This document shows positions 47,067 through 57,563 of a stretch of 64,000 nt of DNA, in pieces. The notes under the pieces were generated by a model that saw only the letters and a program-made list of their open reading frames with translations, did not search any database and was not told the DNA's origin. The first letter of the stretch is position 1. Every line of letters begins with the position of its first letter. The position numbers and the translations under genes are program-made. The DNA is taken from positions 94,883 through 158,882 of the forward strand of contig JAFAFU010000030.1 of NCBI GenBank assembly GCA_023423335.1. The letters are read 5' to 3'. The DNA comes from Bacillota bacterium (GTDB lineage Bacteria; Bacillota; Clostridia; Lachnospirales; Lachnospiraceae).

Positions 47067-49217
47067 CTACTTACGATAATAGGAGGCCGCCTCCTTAAAA
47101 AGTCCTGTCAGCGCCATCTGATTATTCAAAGCCTTTACACCGGTAACCATACGTCCGACAAAGCCTTCCAGCTTATCCATATACTCCTCGGTGGTTATCT
47201 GCCCTTCCGCCACATAGGTAAGGCCCTTCTCCCAGCTGGCGGTCAGTTCCGCATTCAGCATGGATTTAATGGATGCATTCACCACCTCATAAATCAGCTC
47301 TCCTAACAGAGTCGGCGTGATCATCTGCGTCTTCTTATTCAGACTCAGATAAGTTATTTTAATCAATTTATTTAAAATCTCAGCCCGTGTCGCACTGGTA
47401 CCGATACCGCTGCCCTTGATCTGCGCTCTGAGCTCCTCATCCTCAATCAGCTGTCCTGCATTCTCCATGGCAAGAATCAAAGTACCCGAGCTGTAGCGCT
47501 TCGGCGGAGCCGTCTCGCCCTCCTTGATATTCAAAGCCTTGACCGGAAGCTGCATTCCCTTCTTCAGATTCATGATGGCTTGCAGATCGGACTGATCCGG
47601 GCTCTCTTCCTCCCCGCTGTCCTCTCCGGTATCCTTTTCCCCGGAGCCGCCTCTGGCTCTTCTCTCGGAAGAATTTCCGAGCACTTTAAGATACCCCTCC
47701 TTTTCCAGTACACGGAAGGTAGCAAAAAAGCACTCCTTCTTAATCCTGGCGGTGATCCCCACCTTGCGGTATTCCGCTGCCGGATAGAAAATACACAGGA
47801 AACGCTTCACGATTGCTTCATATACACGGGCTGCCGTCGGTGACACACTGCCAAGAGCATTCAACCCCTGTCCGGTCGGGATGATGGCATAATGGTCCGT
47901 GATCTGACTGTCATTCACATACCGGGTCCTGGCTATATTCTTATAGGAGCCCATCTCCAGAATCTCCTCGGCAAATACCCTGGCATTATTTAAGTTCTTC
48001 AGTCCGCCGATGTTTTTACCGATTTCCTTTGCAACTGCCGTGGACAGCACTCTGGCATCCGTTCTTGGATAGGTCACCAGCTTTTTCTCATATAGCTCCT
48101 GGGCAATCTTTAAGGTCTCATCGGGGCTGATCTTGAATATCCTGGCACAGTCATTCTGCAGCTCCGCCAGATTATATAATAAGGGAGGATTCTTATTCTC
48201 CTTCTTCTTCTCCATCTGAATTATCTCAGCAAGCAGCTGAATTTGAGGGGACGACCCCGTCAGATACGTCTGGATTTCAGACTGCCCTTCGGGAAGTCCG
48301 GGCCGGTCTCCTTCTTTATTGCTGTCCGATATAGCGGTCCAGGTGCCATCCTCGTTCATGACCGGTATATCACCGACCAAGGCGGCGATCAGCTTTATCG
48401 CGGAAGGCTTCTCGTAGAAACCATTTTCCTTATACAATAACGGGGAATTAAAATAGTCCGAGCCTTCCACTGCTTTAAATTCTGCCGCAAAATCCTTCTC
48501 CCCGGCACCAAGCTGTGATATCACCCGGTAAAATGGGGTCTTGACGAAGTTCCTGACTTCCCTCTCACGCCTTACGACCATCCCCAGTACGCAGGTCATA
48601 ACTCTGCCTACCGAGATGGCAGACCATTGGCCGGAGTTTAAGAACTTCTGCACTTCGTTCCCGTATTTTAAGGTAAGAATTCTGGAGAAATTGATCCCCA
48701 TCAGGTAATCTTCCTTTGCCCTTAAGTAAGCTGCATCGGAGAGATGATCATAAGCGGACAGGGACTTCGCTTCTTTGATCCCCCGAAGGATTTCCTCCTC
48801 TGTCTGGGAATCGATCCAGACACGTTTCCTGGTCTTGGCTGCAGGTACCTTAGCCGCCTGCTCAACAAGACGGTATATGTATTCTCCCTCACGCCCGGAG
48901 TCCGTGCATACGTAAATGGTATCCACATCCTTACGGTTTAGCAGCTCCCTGACGATACCGAATTGTTTTTTCACACTTGGAATAACCTCATACAGAAATT
49001 CCTTCGGCAGAAAGGGCAGCGTCTCCATCGTCCATTTTTTCAGTGCCGGATTATAAACCTCCGGGTAGCTCATGGTGACCAGATGACCCACACACCAGGT
49101 CACGACCGCACTCTCAGATTCTATGTAACCGTCCCTTTTACTTCCGGATATTTTAAGTGCTTTGGCAAATTCCGCCGCGACACTGGGCTTTTCCGCAATA
49201 TATAAACTTTTAGACAT
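47067..49217 (-). CDS. topB: Type IA DNA topoisomerase (topoisomerase III-like)
   Basis: IAEKPS, TDSGREGE, SVGRV, TYPRTD and GIGT.ATRA. Confidence 0.85.
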   Translation of the reverse strand: MSKSLYIAEKPSVAAEFAKALKISGSKRDGYIESESAVVTWCVGHLVTMSYPEVYNPALKKWTMETLPFLPKEFLYEVIPSVKKQFGIVRELLNRKDVDTIYVCTDSGREGEYIYRLVEQAAKVPAAKTRKRVWIDSQTEEEILRGIKEAKSLSAYDHLSDAAYLRAKEDYLMGINFSRILTLKYGNEVQKFLNSGQWSAISVGRVMTCVLGMVVRREREVRNFVKTPFYRVISQLGAGEKDFAAEFKAVEGSDYFNSPLLYKENGFYEKPSAIKLIAALVGDIPVMNEDGTWTAISDSNKEGDRPGLPEGQSEIQTYLTGSSPQIQLLAEIIQMEKKKENKNPPLLYNLAELQNDCARIFKISPDETLKIAQELYEKKLVTYPRTDARVLSTAVAKEIGKNIGGLKNLNNARVFAEEILEMGSYKNIARTRYVNDSQITDHYAIIPTGQGLNALGSVSPTAARVYEAIVKRFLCIFYPAAEYRKVGITARIKKECFFATFRVLEKEGYLKVLGNSSERRARGGSGEKDTGEDSGEEESPDQSDLQAIMNLKKGMQLPVKALNIKEGETAPPKRYSSGTLILAMENAGQLIEDEELRAQIKGSGIGTSATRAEILNKLIKITYLSLNKKTQMITPTLLGELIYEVVNASIKSMLNAELTASWEKGLTYVAEGQITTEEYMDKLEGFVGRMVTGVKALNNQMALTGLFKEAASYYRK

Positions 49218-49464
49218 CTCTTCCCAACTTTCTTTTCTTCCTCACAAAAGCGCATCAAACGCTTTTTTTCCTCTTAAGTGGATTTATATATATCCGTAAA
49301 TTCGGATATTATAAGTATACCTTAAAAGTACGGATACGACAAACATTAATTCATTGGTTAATTCAGAGAATATTCTTATTATTTTTATTGAATAATGATA
49401 TCGTTTCGTATACAATAGATGTAGTATTGAAAACTACTTTATAAGGTGTGATTAGGAGGAAACT

Positions 49465-50352
49465 ATGAAGGCATACCAAATATTCAGTGATTCAGCATGT
49501 GATTTACCTGACAGCTTATTAACGGAATATCGTATCGGACTTATTCCCTTTTACGTAAGCTTTGATCAGGAGACTTATTATAAGGAAAACATTGATATAA
49601 CCAAAGAATCCTTTTATGAAACCCTTACTTCCAAACGTATTTTTTCTAAAACCTCTCTGCCTTCGGTACAGGACTATATCAGCTCCTTCCGTCCGGCATT
49701 GAAGGCGGGCAATGATATTATCTGCCTATGCCTGACCCAGAAATTCAGCGGCTCCTATCAGTCTGCGGTTAATGCAAAGCATATTCTGGAGGAACAATAC
49801 CCGGAGGCGGCGATCCACATTATCGACAGTATCCAGGCTACCGGAGGGCAGGGCATCCTGCTGCTGCAAATGGCTGAGATGAAGCGGGCGGGCAAATCCG
49901 CAGAGGAAGTCGTCGAAATCACAAACAAACTAAAGGCTACTGCCCGAATTATGTTTACCGTTGATACTCTGGAGTATCTGGCCCAAGGAAGAAGAATCGG
50001 GAAGGTTATCGCTCTTGCTAAGGATATGCTGGACTTAAAGCCCTTAATCCAGTTAAGGGAAGCCGAATTGATTCCCTATTCCAACATCCGGGGCCGTAAA
50101 AAGTCCCTGGATAAGGTATTCGGGATGGTAGAGGAATATTTTAGGGAATATAATGAGAATCCGGCAGATTATGATTTCTGTATCGCCGATGCAACCACTC
50201 CGGAGGATGCAACGGTTCTGCAAAGACACATTGAGAAATTCACCGGCTGCAGCATCCCTTATCCTATCTTCCGAATCGGTGTTACGATCGGCACCTACAC
50301 GGGTCCGGGCGCTCTGGGAATCTGTTTTGTCAAAAAATATGACCGGATTTGA
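49465..50352 (+). CDS. DegV family fatty-acid-binding protein
   Basis: DSACDL, KTSLPS, SGSYQSA, IIDS and GPGALG. Confidence 0.9.
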   Translation: MKAYQIFSDSACDLPDSLLTEYRIGLIPFYVSFDQETYYKENIDITKESFYETLTSKRIFSKTSLPSVQDYISSFRPALKAGNDIICLCLTQKFSGSYQSAVNAKHILEEQYPEAAIHIIDSIQATGGQGILLLQMAEMKRAGKSAEEVVEITNKLKATARIMFTVDTLEYLAQGRRIGKVIALAKDMLDLKPLIQLREAELIPYSNIRGRKKSLDKVFGMVEEYFREYNENPADYDFCIADATTPEDATVLQRHIEKFTGCSIPYPIFRIGVTIGTYTGPGALGICFVKKYDRI

Positions 50353-50425
50353 CCGGTGCTAATAGATTTCGGCAGCCATCCGGATAAAGTCATGGATATC
50401 TGCCATATTAAAGGAGGATTCCAAC

Positions 50426-51061
50426 ATGTCAGCAAAATCTACTTATTATGAAAATCTATCGGACAGCCTGATCGAGAAATTTAATAAGCGGGGAATTGAA
50501 GGCTATTACCGTGAGAACGGGATGGATGCTCTGCTTATGGCAAAGCGTTTCCTGACACCCGGCTGCTCCGTTTCCTGGGGCGGGTCGGAAACCCTGGAGG
50601 AGATAGGCCTGATCGAAGAACTGAAAGCATCGGATTACATACTGTATGACCGCCATAGTGCCAAGACTCCGGAGGAGGCCTCACTCATGTACAGTAAAAT
50701 CGTTACTGCCGATTATTACTTCATGAGCTCCAATGCCATCACCCTGGATGGGCAGCTGGTCAATATTGATGGGAAAGGCAACCGGGTTGCCTGTCTGATT
50801 ACGGGACCGAAGAATGTTATCATCATCGCCGGTATGAATAAGATCGTTACTGACGTTAACACCGGCATTGAACGGGTGCGTAATATAGCAGCCCCGCCGA
50901 ATAATATCCGGCTAAACAATAATACTCCTTGTGCGGAGCTGGGAAAATGTACAAACTGCCTGGTGGATGATTGCATCTGCTGTGAAATCGTCATTACCAG
51001 AAAGTCTAAGATATCCGGCCGCATCAAGGTCATCCTGGTCGGGGAAGAATTGGGCTTTTAG
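50426..51061 (+). CDS. LUD-domain (lactate utilisation) protein
   Basis: WGGS.TL, SSNAIT.DG.LVNIDG.GNRVA and a C-terminal Cys cluster. Confidence 0.85.
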   Translation: MSAKSTYYENLSDSLIEKFNKRGIEGYYRENGMDALLMAKRFLTPGCSVSWGGSETLEEIGLIEELKASDYILYDRHSAKTPEEASLMYSKIVTADYYFMSSNAITLDGQLVNIDGKGNRVACLITGPKNVIIIAGMNKIVTDVNTGIERVRNIAAPPNNIRLNNNTPCAELGKCTNCLVDDCICCEIVITRKSKISGRIKVILVGEELGF

Positions 51062-51151
51062 GCTTGGCTGAGAAAGTACGAATGAAAATGAATAAGAACT
51101 AATATTATATAGCAAGATAATACAAATAAGAATGAAGAAAGGATGATTGCC

Positions 51152-51325
51152 ATGTCAAAGATTGATAACGCAAATCCGATAGATCTTAGTACCTCAGTTA
51201 CCGTTACGGTGGACGTTACGAAGATCGTGAAATATGTTTGCTGTGCCGGTGTTTTTATCGTTGGAATTATCTTCGGTACCAAGTGCTGCCACAAAATGAT
51301 ACAGGAAGGAATCTTTAAACTCTAA
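51152..51325 (+). CDS. Small single-TM hypothetical protein
   Basis: GAAAGGA RBS; one hydrophobic helix flanked by CC pairs. Confidence 0.6.
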   Translation: MSKIDNANPIDLSTSVTVTVDVTKIVKYVCCAGVFIVGIIFGTKCCHKMIQEGIFKL

Positions 51326-51558
51326 TTCCGTCCGGTTCAAGGGACAGCGGCTAATTACGGTATATCTGGTTGGAGGTATAATGACTGTATTTTCGGTATA
51401 CCCAGGCGGAGTCATATGAATATTCCGTTATAATTCTTAGGCAGTACTAAAATTATAAAAGTCATTCTCATATGGCTCCACTCTGGGTATACCTGCTTAT
51501 TCGCGCGAATTCCAGCACAGGTATATTATCAGATGCACTATTTTTATGAGGTTACTAT

Positions 51559-51837
51559 ATGAAAAAATTAAAGACCAGACGAATTATCTTAAATATTATT
51601 CTTTTATTTCAATTAATACCATTATCCATGTCATACTTCGGCAATTTTCATAATGACATAATGTTGAATGTATTTCTTCTTAATATGTTATCCTTCATAA
51701 TCATCCCCCTCGTAAATATTTTTTTAGAGGTAAAAATTATGTTCATGGCGAAAATAAATATCCTTTCCGTAAGCCTTATTCTATTTAATATTCTAATGTT
51801 TTTTATCTCTGCATTTCACTATGGCGGAAAATATTAA
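51559..51837 (+). CDS. AT-rich hypothetical membrane protein
   Basis: GAGG RBS; three hydrophobic stretches. Confidence 0.5.
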   Translation: MKKLKTRRIILNIILLFQLIPLSMSYFGNFHNDIMLNVFLLNMLSFIIIPLVNIFLEVKIMFMAKINILSVSLILFNILMFFISAFHYGGKY

Positions 51838-52018
51838 GCACCTAAGTACCCCTAATTATGCTCTCAGATTTCACCCGGTAAAATTATCCGCTTTTGTGCG
51901 TTCAGCAAAAAAGATGGTAATTTCAAGCCATATGCAATATAATTATTATATCAATACAGATGTAAATCGTTTTGGAAACTGATTATGTGTATCGGATTTG
52001 TATCGGGAGGTGACCGGA

Positions 52019-52465
52019 ATGGGTTGGATTAATTTATATGGGTTGATAATCGTTGTTCTAATACTTCTTCCAAACATCTTATACGCGATTAAACGTAAAA
52101 TTACCGAAAATAAGTGTCATAATAAAGCCATGAACATCACCGAACAGATAGGAAGATACGGTTCCATGTTTACGATGGTGTTTAACATCGGCTTCTATGA
52201 ATTCGGCTTCCCTTCAAAAACCGTCTTCGACGTATGGTTGATCAGTACTGTGCTGTTATTGTTACTATATTGGTTCGGCTGGCTTTTCTATTTTGATTCA
52301 ACGCAATTCTTTGCTGCAATGCTGCTTGCAATTATCCCAAGTATCCTATTTGTATCCAATGGTTTCTTACTTGGGAATTGGTTACTTCTGATATTTGGCT
52401 CCATCTTTTCTGTGGGACATATCTATGTTACTTACCAAAATAGCAGGACAACCGAAGCGCAATGA
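52019..52465 (+). CDS. Hypothetical membrane protein
   Basis: GGGAGG RBS; start MGWINLYG; EQIGRYG motif and several TM segments. Confidence 0.7.
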   Translation: MGWINLYGLIIVVLILLPNILYAIKRKITENKCHNKAMNITEQIGRYGSMFTMVFNIGFYEFGFPSKTVFDVWLISTVLLLLLYWFGWLFYFDSTQFFAAMLLAIIPSILFVSNGFLLGNWLLLIFGSIFSVGHIYVTYQNSRTTEAQ

Positions 52466-52486
52466 ACCTGTGGTGATACAAATGTA

Positions 52487-53242
52487 TTATTTACATAAGG
52501 CGGCAAAGTCTTTTTCATTTATGTTCCGACGGACCAATTTCCATAAAGCCTCTTTCGGATCCCCGTGAAAATGCAGTCCATTTACTTCCTTCCTCCATTG
52601 TCCGGCCGTACAGTAGAGATAGCTATACCAGTTGGCATTCAATCTTTTCCCTGCACAGGCTGTGATATATAAATTTTCCAGCAGGAAATCAAAGGCTTTA
52701 TCAAATGACTTTTTATCCATCTGCAATTCCTGTTTCACTTCATCCTTATCTGCCATTGGATGCTTTCTGACAGCATCAAGGATTGCTGCGGCCTCCGGAT
52801 AGAGCTCTTTACCGGTCTTTATTCTGCATAGAAGCTGGTATGCCTTCACGGACAAATAGGTTGATCTCTTTTTGAAGACCTTACAATAGAACACCTGATG
52901 CAGTTCGATTAGTCCGATTATGTTCTCCATATTATATCCCAGTCCGCAAAGAGAAGGCAGCTCATCATTTACATTACATAGCAGGATTCCGTTCTCATCA
53001 ATATAATCCTGTAGTTCTTGTTGTCTTGCATTATTATATTGATGGAACATATCCGTTCTTACCACCCTGGAATGCAGGAGGCTGCCGCAGTCCTTACACA
53101 GGAGATGCTCGATATTCGAGCAGTCCGCGGCAGATTGGTATGCATACAGGTCCGCGTACATCTGTCCGTTTCCCAACTGGTATCCTACTCCGATATTACT
53201 GCTGCCGCAGAAAGGGCACAGATTGATATTGACCTGCTTCAT
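52487..53242 (-). CDS. Zn-ribbon plus putative winged-helix hypothetical protein
   Basis: CPFCG...CKDCG at the N-terminus; helical C-terminal part; GGAGG RBS. Confidence 0.6.
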   Translation of the reverse strand: MKQVNINLCPFCGSSNIGVGYQLGNGQMYADLYAYQSAADCSNIEHLLCKDCGSLLHSRVVRTDMFHQYNNARQQELQDYIDENGILLCNVNDELPSLCGLGYNMENIIGLIELHQVFYCKVFKKRSTYLSVKAYQLLCRIKTGKELYPEAAAILDAVRKHPMADKDEVKQELQMDKKSFDKAFDFLLENLYITACAGKRLNANWYSYLYCTAGQWRKEVNGLHFHGDPKEALWKLVRRNINEKDFAALCK

Positions 53243-53321
53243 ACTCCATTACCTCCGCATATTTATGTGCTTCTTATGCTGGTATTATATAATATAAATT
53301 ACTTTTTTGTATAGCTTTTTG

Positions 53322-54302
53322 TTACTGCAGTAAGGGTTTTACCGGACGTGCTTCGATATAACCACGGTATCCCATTGGTGCCAATTGGAAGCGGGGCGCT
53401 TCTTCCGGTGCCCAAGCAAATCCGTACAGAGTAGGATCATATCGATCGATTGCCTCCATTACCTCTGAAACCTCTGACATAAAATTATCATCCTCATAGG
53501 GCTGTCCCTGAAAAACCATCATCTTGCAGGGCGGAAGCTGTATGATTTCATAGCCCTCCGGTACCGACTTCTGATAATCAAGCGGAATCTCTACCCCTTG
53601 GACATAGAGCGAGGTCCCGGACTTGATGAGATGCTTCGGCAGCCACATTCCGATCGGTTCGTACAAAGCTTCCTTCACGCTGCTTAAAAACGCCCAGATA
53701 TCACATCCAACCTCCCGGCAATACTCAAAATACTCTGTCGCCTTTATTCCCCTTTTAAGAAGAAGCTTGCGCTCCGGCCGTTCTACCACCTGTGTAAATA
53801 TCATCTTTGTCTCTTTCTTCTCATCCATATTAATCCTCCATGCTGCCGACGCCCGCGTATCCCGGCACCAGCACAAATTTGCCGTGTGAAAATTTTTCAC
53901 ACTACTATCTCCTTGATTCAAAAATCGGTAGTAACTCAAGATACTGTGCGGCAGAAACAACTGGATTGGAGGTGCCTCCCTTCGGTATTGCCTTGGCGGC
54001 AAACCAAATTCCCTGGAGAATGCCCGGGTAAATCCTTCATGGGAATTAAACACAAAATCAAGGGCCACATCAATGATTGGATGCTTCTCATCTCTCAGTA
54101 CCAGTGCCGCCTTCGACAGCCTGAATGACCTGATATAATCAAAGGGCGTCTTTCCAAGCAGCTCCTTAAAAATCCTTGTACTATGCCAAGGGGAATATCC
54201 CGCCGCTTCAGAAAGCTGCTTTAATGTAATCGGTTCATTTATATGGGCTTCAATATACTTCTGCATGCGGTCCGCCGCAACAATTACATCCAGATCAAAC
54301 AT
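53322..54302 (-). CDS. AraC family regulator with C-terminal effector domain
   Basis: RMQKYIE...GYSPWH..RIFK...F.SHEGFTRAF.REFG..P..YR. Confidence 0.9.
   Translation of the reverse strand: MFDLDVIVAADRMQKYIEAHINEPITLKQLSEAAGYSPWHSTRIFKELLGKTPFDYIRSFRLSKAALVLRDEKHPIIDVALDFVFNSHEGFTRAFSREFGLPPRQYRREAPPIQLFLPHSILSYYRFLNQGDSSVKNFHTANLCWCRDTRASAAWRINMDEKKETKMIFTQVVERPERKLLLKRGIKATEYFEYCREVGCDIWAFLSSVKEALYEPIGMWLPKHLIKSGTSLYVQGVEIPLDYQKSVPEGYEIIQLPPCKMMVFQGQPYEDDNFMSEVSEVMEAIDRYDPTLYGFAWAPEEAPRFQLAPMGYRGYIEARPVKPLLQ
53829..53876 (-). repeat. 48-nt hairpin+SD dispersed module, copy 3 (inside the AraC CDS, in frame)
   Basis: 24 nt including the ATG are identical to 15538-15561; both reading frames give RASAAWRINM. 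Confidence 0.85.
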
Positions 54303-54515
54303 TTCTACCTCCAGGCCTCTGCCGTCAGGCTCTCATAGCAATCTGCCGTAAGATCAGTTTACAATATGGAAAATATTTTTTCTTGACTTGAATTGCTAAG
54401 CCGCCTTTTTCCATAAGTACATATATACTCCTGAAAAGGGATAAATTGTATGACATCTTAACATAACGTTCACGATTTGTTAAAATCCATAACACATTTA
54501 TTGGGTAAGATATTA

Positions 54516-54608
54516 TCAGAAAAACAAATTACTCCGCCAATCAATAATAAATATAGATTTTTTTCATAAACCTCCCCCTAAAAAAGCCAACCTGACCGTT
54601 GGCTTTTC
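54516..54608 (+). ncRNA. Candidate anti-SD small RNA
   Basis: TAAGAT -10, TTTTTTTCATAAACCTCCCCC segment and terminator AAAAGCCAAC/GTTGGCTTTT. Confidence 0.4.
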
Positions 54609-54613
54609 CTCTG

Positions 54614-55075
54614 CTAACGGAGCTTTATTAATTCCTGTATTTTAGCAGTCAACTGCGCCTTTAACTGTCCATACTTTTTCTCATTGAACTGATACTGCTC
54701 CAAACTCCAATTTTCTCTTGGATAATGCCATACCGGCATTATCCTGCGTCCGTCCTCTTCCCATTCATACCGGGGAAATACATGGGCATGCAAAAAAGCA
54801 TCCGTATTCCCCAGAATATCATAATTAATCCGAAGAGGCTTACATACTGCCGTAATCGCATCCCCCAGGATACTCATATCCAAAAGATAATCTTTTCTCT
54901 CAGACAGGGACAGCTCATTCAGGCTTCCTACTTTCGGATATGCCAGCAGAATACAATAGCCCGGCAGAAATTGCGTATCTCCGATAACTGCAAATCCACT
55001 CTTCATCCTGCATAATACCGTTGGATTCTCTCCCCGTAAGGCCGAACCAAACCGGTCCTTTTTCCATTCATCCAT
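54614..55075 (-). CDS. HIT family protein
   Basis: QFLPGYC.L; RINY.ILGN...LHAHVFPRY. Confidence 0.85.
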   Translation of the reverse strand: MDEWKKDRFGSALRGENPTVLCRMKSGFAVIGDTQFLPGYCILLAYPKVGSLNELSLSERKDYLLDMSILGDAITAVCKPLRINYDILGNTDAFLHAHVFPRYEWEEDGRRIMPVWHYPRENWSLEQYQFNEKKYGQLKAQLTAKIQELIKLR

Positions 55076-55209
55076 TTGATTACCTCCGTATTTATTTCAT
55101 GTAAATTGAAAGGGCTGCCATAAAATTGTTAGCTACAGGAGAAAGAAGCTGATTCCTTTCTCCTGTCAGATAACATCTTTAGACAGCCCGGATTATTCCA
55201 GTCAATATT

Positions 55210-56448
55210 TTAGTACAGCGGATATTTATCCGTAAGGGTCTTCACCATCTGCATGGCTCTTTCCCTGTTTGCATTCACATCGGTAATCAGCAAATGGATT
55301 GCTTCTGCCACAACATCCATATCCTCTGCCTGGAAGCCTCTGGTCGTCACAGCCGCGGTTCCCAGACGAATACCGCTGGTAACAAACGGAGAAGCAGGAT
55401 CATTCGGGATTGCATTCTTATTGCAGGTGATGTTGGCCGCATCAAGAAGCTTCTCTGCATCCTTTCCGGTAACCTTCATGTTCTGGAGATCAACCAGCAT
55501 CAGATGATTATCCGTACCGCCGGATACCAGATGAAAGCCTCTCTTTATCAAACCGCCTGCCAGGGCCTGGGCATTCTCGATAATTCTCCTTGCATAATCC
55601 TTGAAGCTCGGGTCCAGTGCCTCTTTGAAGGAAACTGCTTTCGCGGCGATCACATGCATCAAGGGGCCGCCCTGGATACCCGGGAATACGGACTTGTTAA
55701 GCTTGTACTCCTCCGCAAACTCCGCACTGGAGAGAATCATACCGCCCCTGGGGCCTCTTAGGGTCTTATGGGTGGTCGTGGTCGTTACATGGGCATAGGG
55801 AATCGGGCTTTCATGATAGCCTGCGGCAACTAAGCCCGCAATATGGGCAATATCCACCATAAGGAATGCACCGACTTCATCCGCAACTTCCCTGAATTTC
55901 TTAAAATCTATCTTTCTTGCATAGGCGCTGGCACCTGCAACAATTAATTTCGGTCTGCTCTCTATCGCGATCTTACGAAGGGCATCGTAATCAATAAAAC
56001 CTGTTTCATCCACTCCATAAGGAACAATATTATAATAGCTGCCGCTCATATTGACCGGGCTTCCGTGGGACAGATGTCCGCCATGGGCCAGGTTCATACC
56101 CATAACGGTATCTCCTGGTCTTAATAATGCAAAGAATACCGCCATATTGGCCTGTGCTCCGGAATGGGGTTGTACATTGGCATAGGTGCAGCCGAATAAC
56201 TGCTTCGCACGTTCAATCGCAAGATTTTCCGCAAGGTCGACATATTCGCAGCCGCCATAATATCTCTTGCCGGGATAACCCTCCGCATATTTGTTGGTTA
56301 ACTGGCTGCCCATGGCCGCCATAACTGCCTTGCTTACAAAGTTTTCAGAAGCGATCAGTTCGATATGGTCATTCTGTCTTCCGATTTCCAGAGATATCGC
56401 ATTGGCTAATTCGGGGTCATATGACTTAACTTCATCAAATGAGTACAT
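55210..56448 (-). CDS. glyA: Serine hydroxymethyltransferase
   Basis: [35 protein letters not shown] and SGIRLGT. Confidence 0.97.
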   Translation of the reverse strand: MYSFDEVKSYDPELANAISLEIGRQNDHIELIASENFVSKAVMAAMGSQLTNKYAEGYPGKRYYGGCEYVDLAENLAIERAKQLFGCTYANVQPHSGAQANMAVFFALLRPGDTVMGMNLAHGGHLSHGSPVNMSGSYYNIVPYGVDETGFIDYDALRKIAIESRPKLIVAGASAYARKIDFKKFREVADEVGAFLMVDIAHIAGLVAAGYHESPIPYAHVTTTTTHKTLRGPRGGMILSSAEFAEEYKLNKSVFPGIQGGPLMHVIAAKAVSFKEALDPSFKDYARRIIENAQALAGGLIKRGFHLVSGGTDNHLMLVDLQNMKVTGKDAEKLLDAANITCNKNAIPNDPASPFVTSGIRLGTAAVTTRGFQAEDMDVVAEAIHLLITDVNANRERAMQMVKTLTDKYPLY

Positions 56449-56566
56449 TTCAATCCATTCCTTTCTTTGCTTTTGACTTCTACAGGATTATATCACATTA
56501 ACTTAATAAAGGAAAGTGACTTTGTAAAATTATACATTCTTAATTCATAATGATATCTAATCCGTT

Positions 56567-57514
56567 TTATAAGCTCCGGAAAACTTTTTCAATTGTTTCC
56601 CTGTCCGGGAAGCCTGCTGTAAATGCGGCCGCACTGCCCACGGCAACGCTATATTTCAGGGAATATTCATAATCCTTTCGGTCATAACCGTCCTTAAGAT
56701 GTCCGTCACCGCAGCGTAACAGAGCGGCTAAAAAACCTGCAAGCATGGCGTCTCCGGCTCCTACTGAATTGAGAACGTCACCTGCGGGAGCTTTCTGCCT
56801 CATTATTCTCCGGTCCGCATCAATCAGGAGGGCGCCCTCTTCCCCCAGGGAGACCAGTACATTCCGGGCTCCCTCCTTCTGAAGCCGCATCGCATATTCA
56901 ATGATACTTTCCTCCGTCCGTAAGTCCCGGTCAAAGAGTCTTTCCAGCTCCTGACGGTTCGGTTTCACCAGAAACGGCTTACAGGCCAGGGCATTCCATA
57001 ACAATTTTCCCTCCGCATCAATGACCAGCTTAACCCCTCTTTCCTTTACGAGTCCGCAGATATGGGCATAGGTATCCTCTTTACCTGGAAGCTGCCCGGG
57101 AACACTTCCCGAAAGTGTCAGGATATCTCCCTCCCGGATCGTATTCAGCTTACGATACAACAGCTCTATATCCGCCTGATCAATCATCGGTCCCTGTCCG
57201 TTAATTTCTGTCTCAACCGTATTATGGGTTTTAAGTTTTATATTAATCCGTGACATTCCCCGGCCTGCCGTCACAAAATCATGGGATAAACCCATGTCCT
57301 TCAGCCTGTCTTTAATCTGAATACCGGTAAAGCCTGCGGTGAAGCCCAATATTCTGCTCTCAATCCCAAGCTCCTTCAAGAGGACCGAAACATTGATCCC
57401 CTTTCCCCCGACATAAAGCTCTTCTTTTTCGGTTCTATGTAAATTACCTGGTATAAAATCCGAAACCCGTACCACATAATCGAGGGACGGGTTCAAGGTC
57501 ACCGTATAAATCAT
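56567..57514 (-). CDS. 1-phosphofructokinase-family (PfkB) kinase
   Basis: TLNPSLD, GGKGINVS, KPNRQEL and NSVGAGD. Confidence 0.88.
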   Translation of the reverse strand: MIYTVTLNPSLDYVVRVSDFIPGNLHRTEKEELYVGGKGINVSVLLKELGIESRILGFTAGFTGIQIKDRLKDMGLSHDFVTAGRGMSRINIKLKTHNTVETEINGQGPMIDQADIELLYRKLNTIREGDILTLSGSVPGQLPGKEDTYAHICGLVKERGVKLVIDAEGKLLWNALACKPFLVKPNRQELERLFDRDLRTEESIIEYAMRLQKEGARNVLVSLGEEGALLIDADRRIMRQKAPAGDVLNSVGAGDAMLAGFLAALLRCGDGHLKDGYDRKDYEYSLKYSVAVGSAAAFTAGFPDRETIEKVFRSL

Positions 57515-57563
57515 AATCTCCGCTCCAAATCATAGGATTTGTGTCCGGCCTATAGCCTGACTG

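Noticed and set aside
54541..54567. Minus-strand mini-ORF MKKIYIYY
   Set aside because: GGAGG is only 3 nt from the ATG and the ORF lies just past the HIT terminator; the + strand sRNA reading fits better, though this is not fully excluded.
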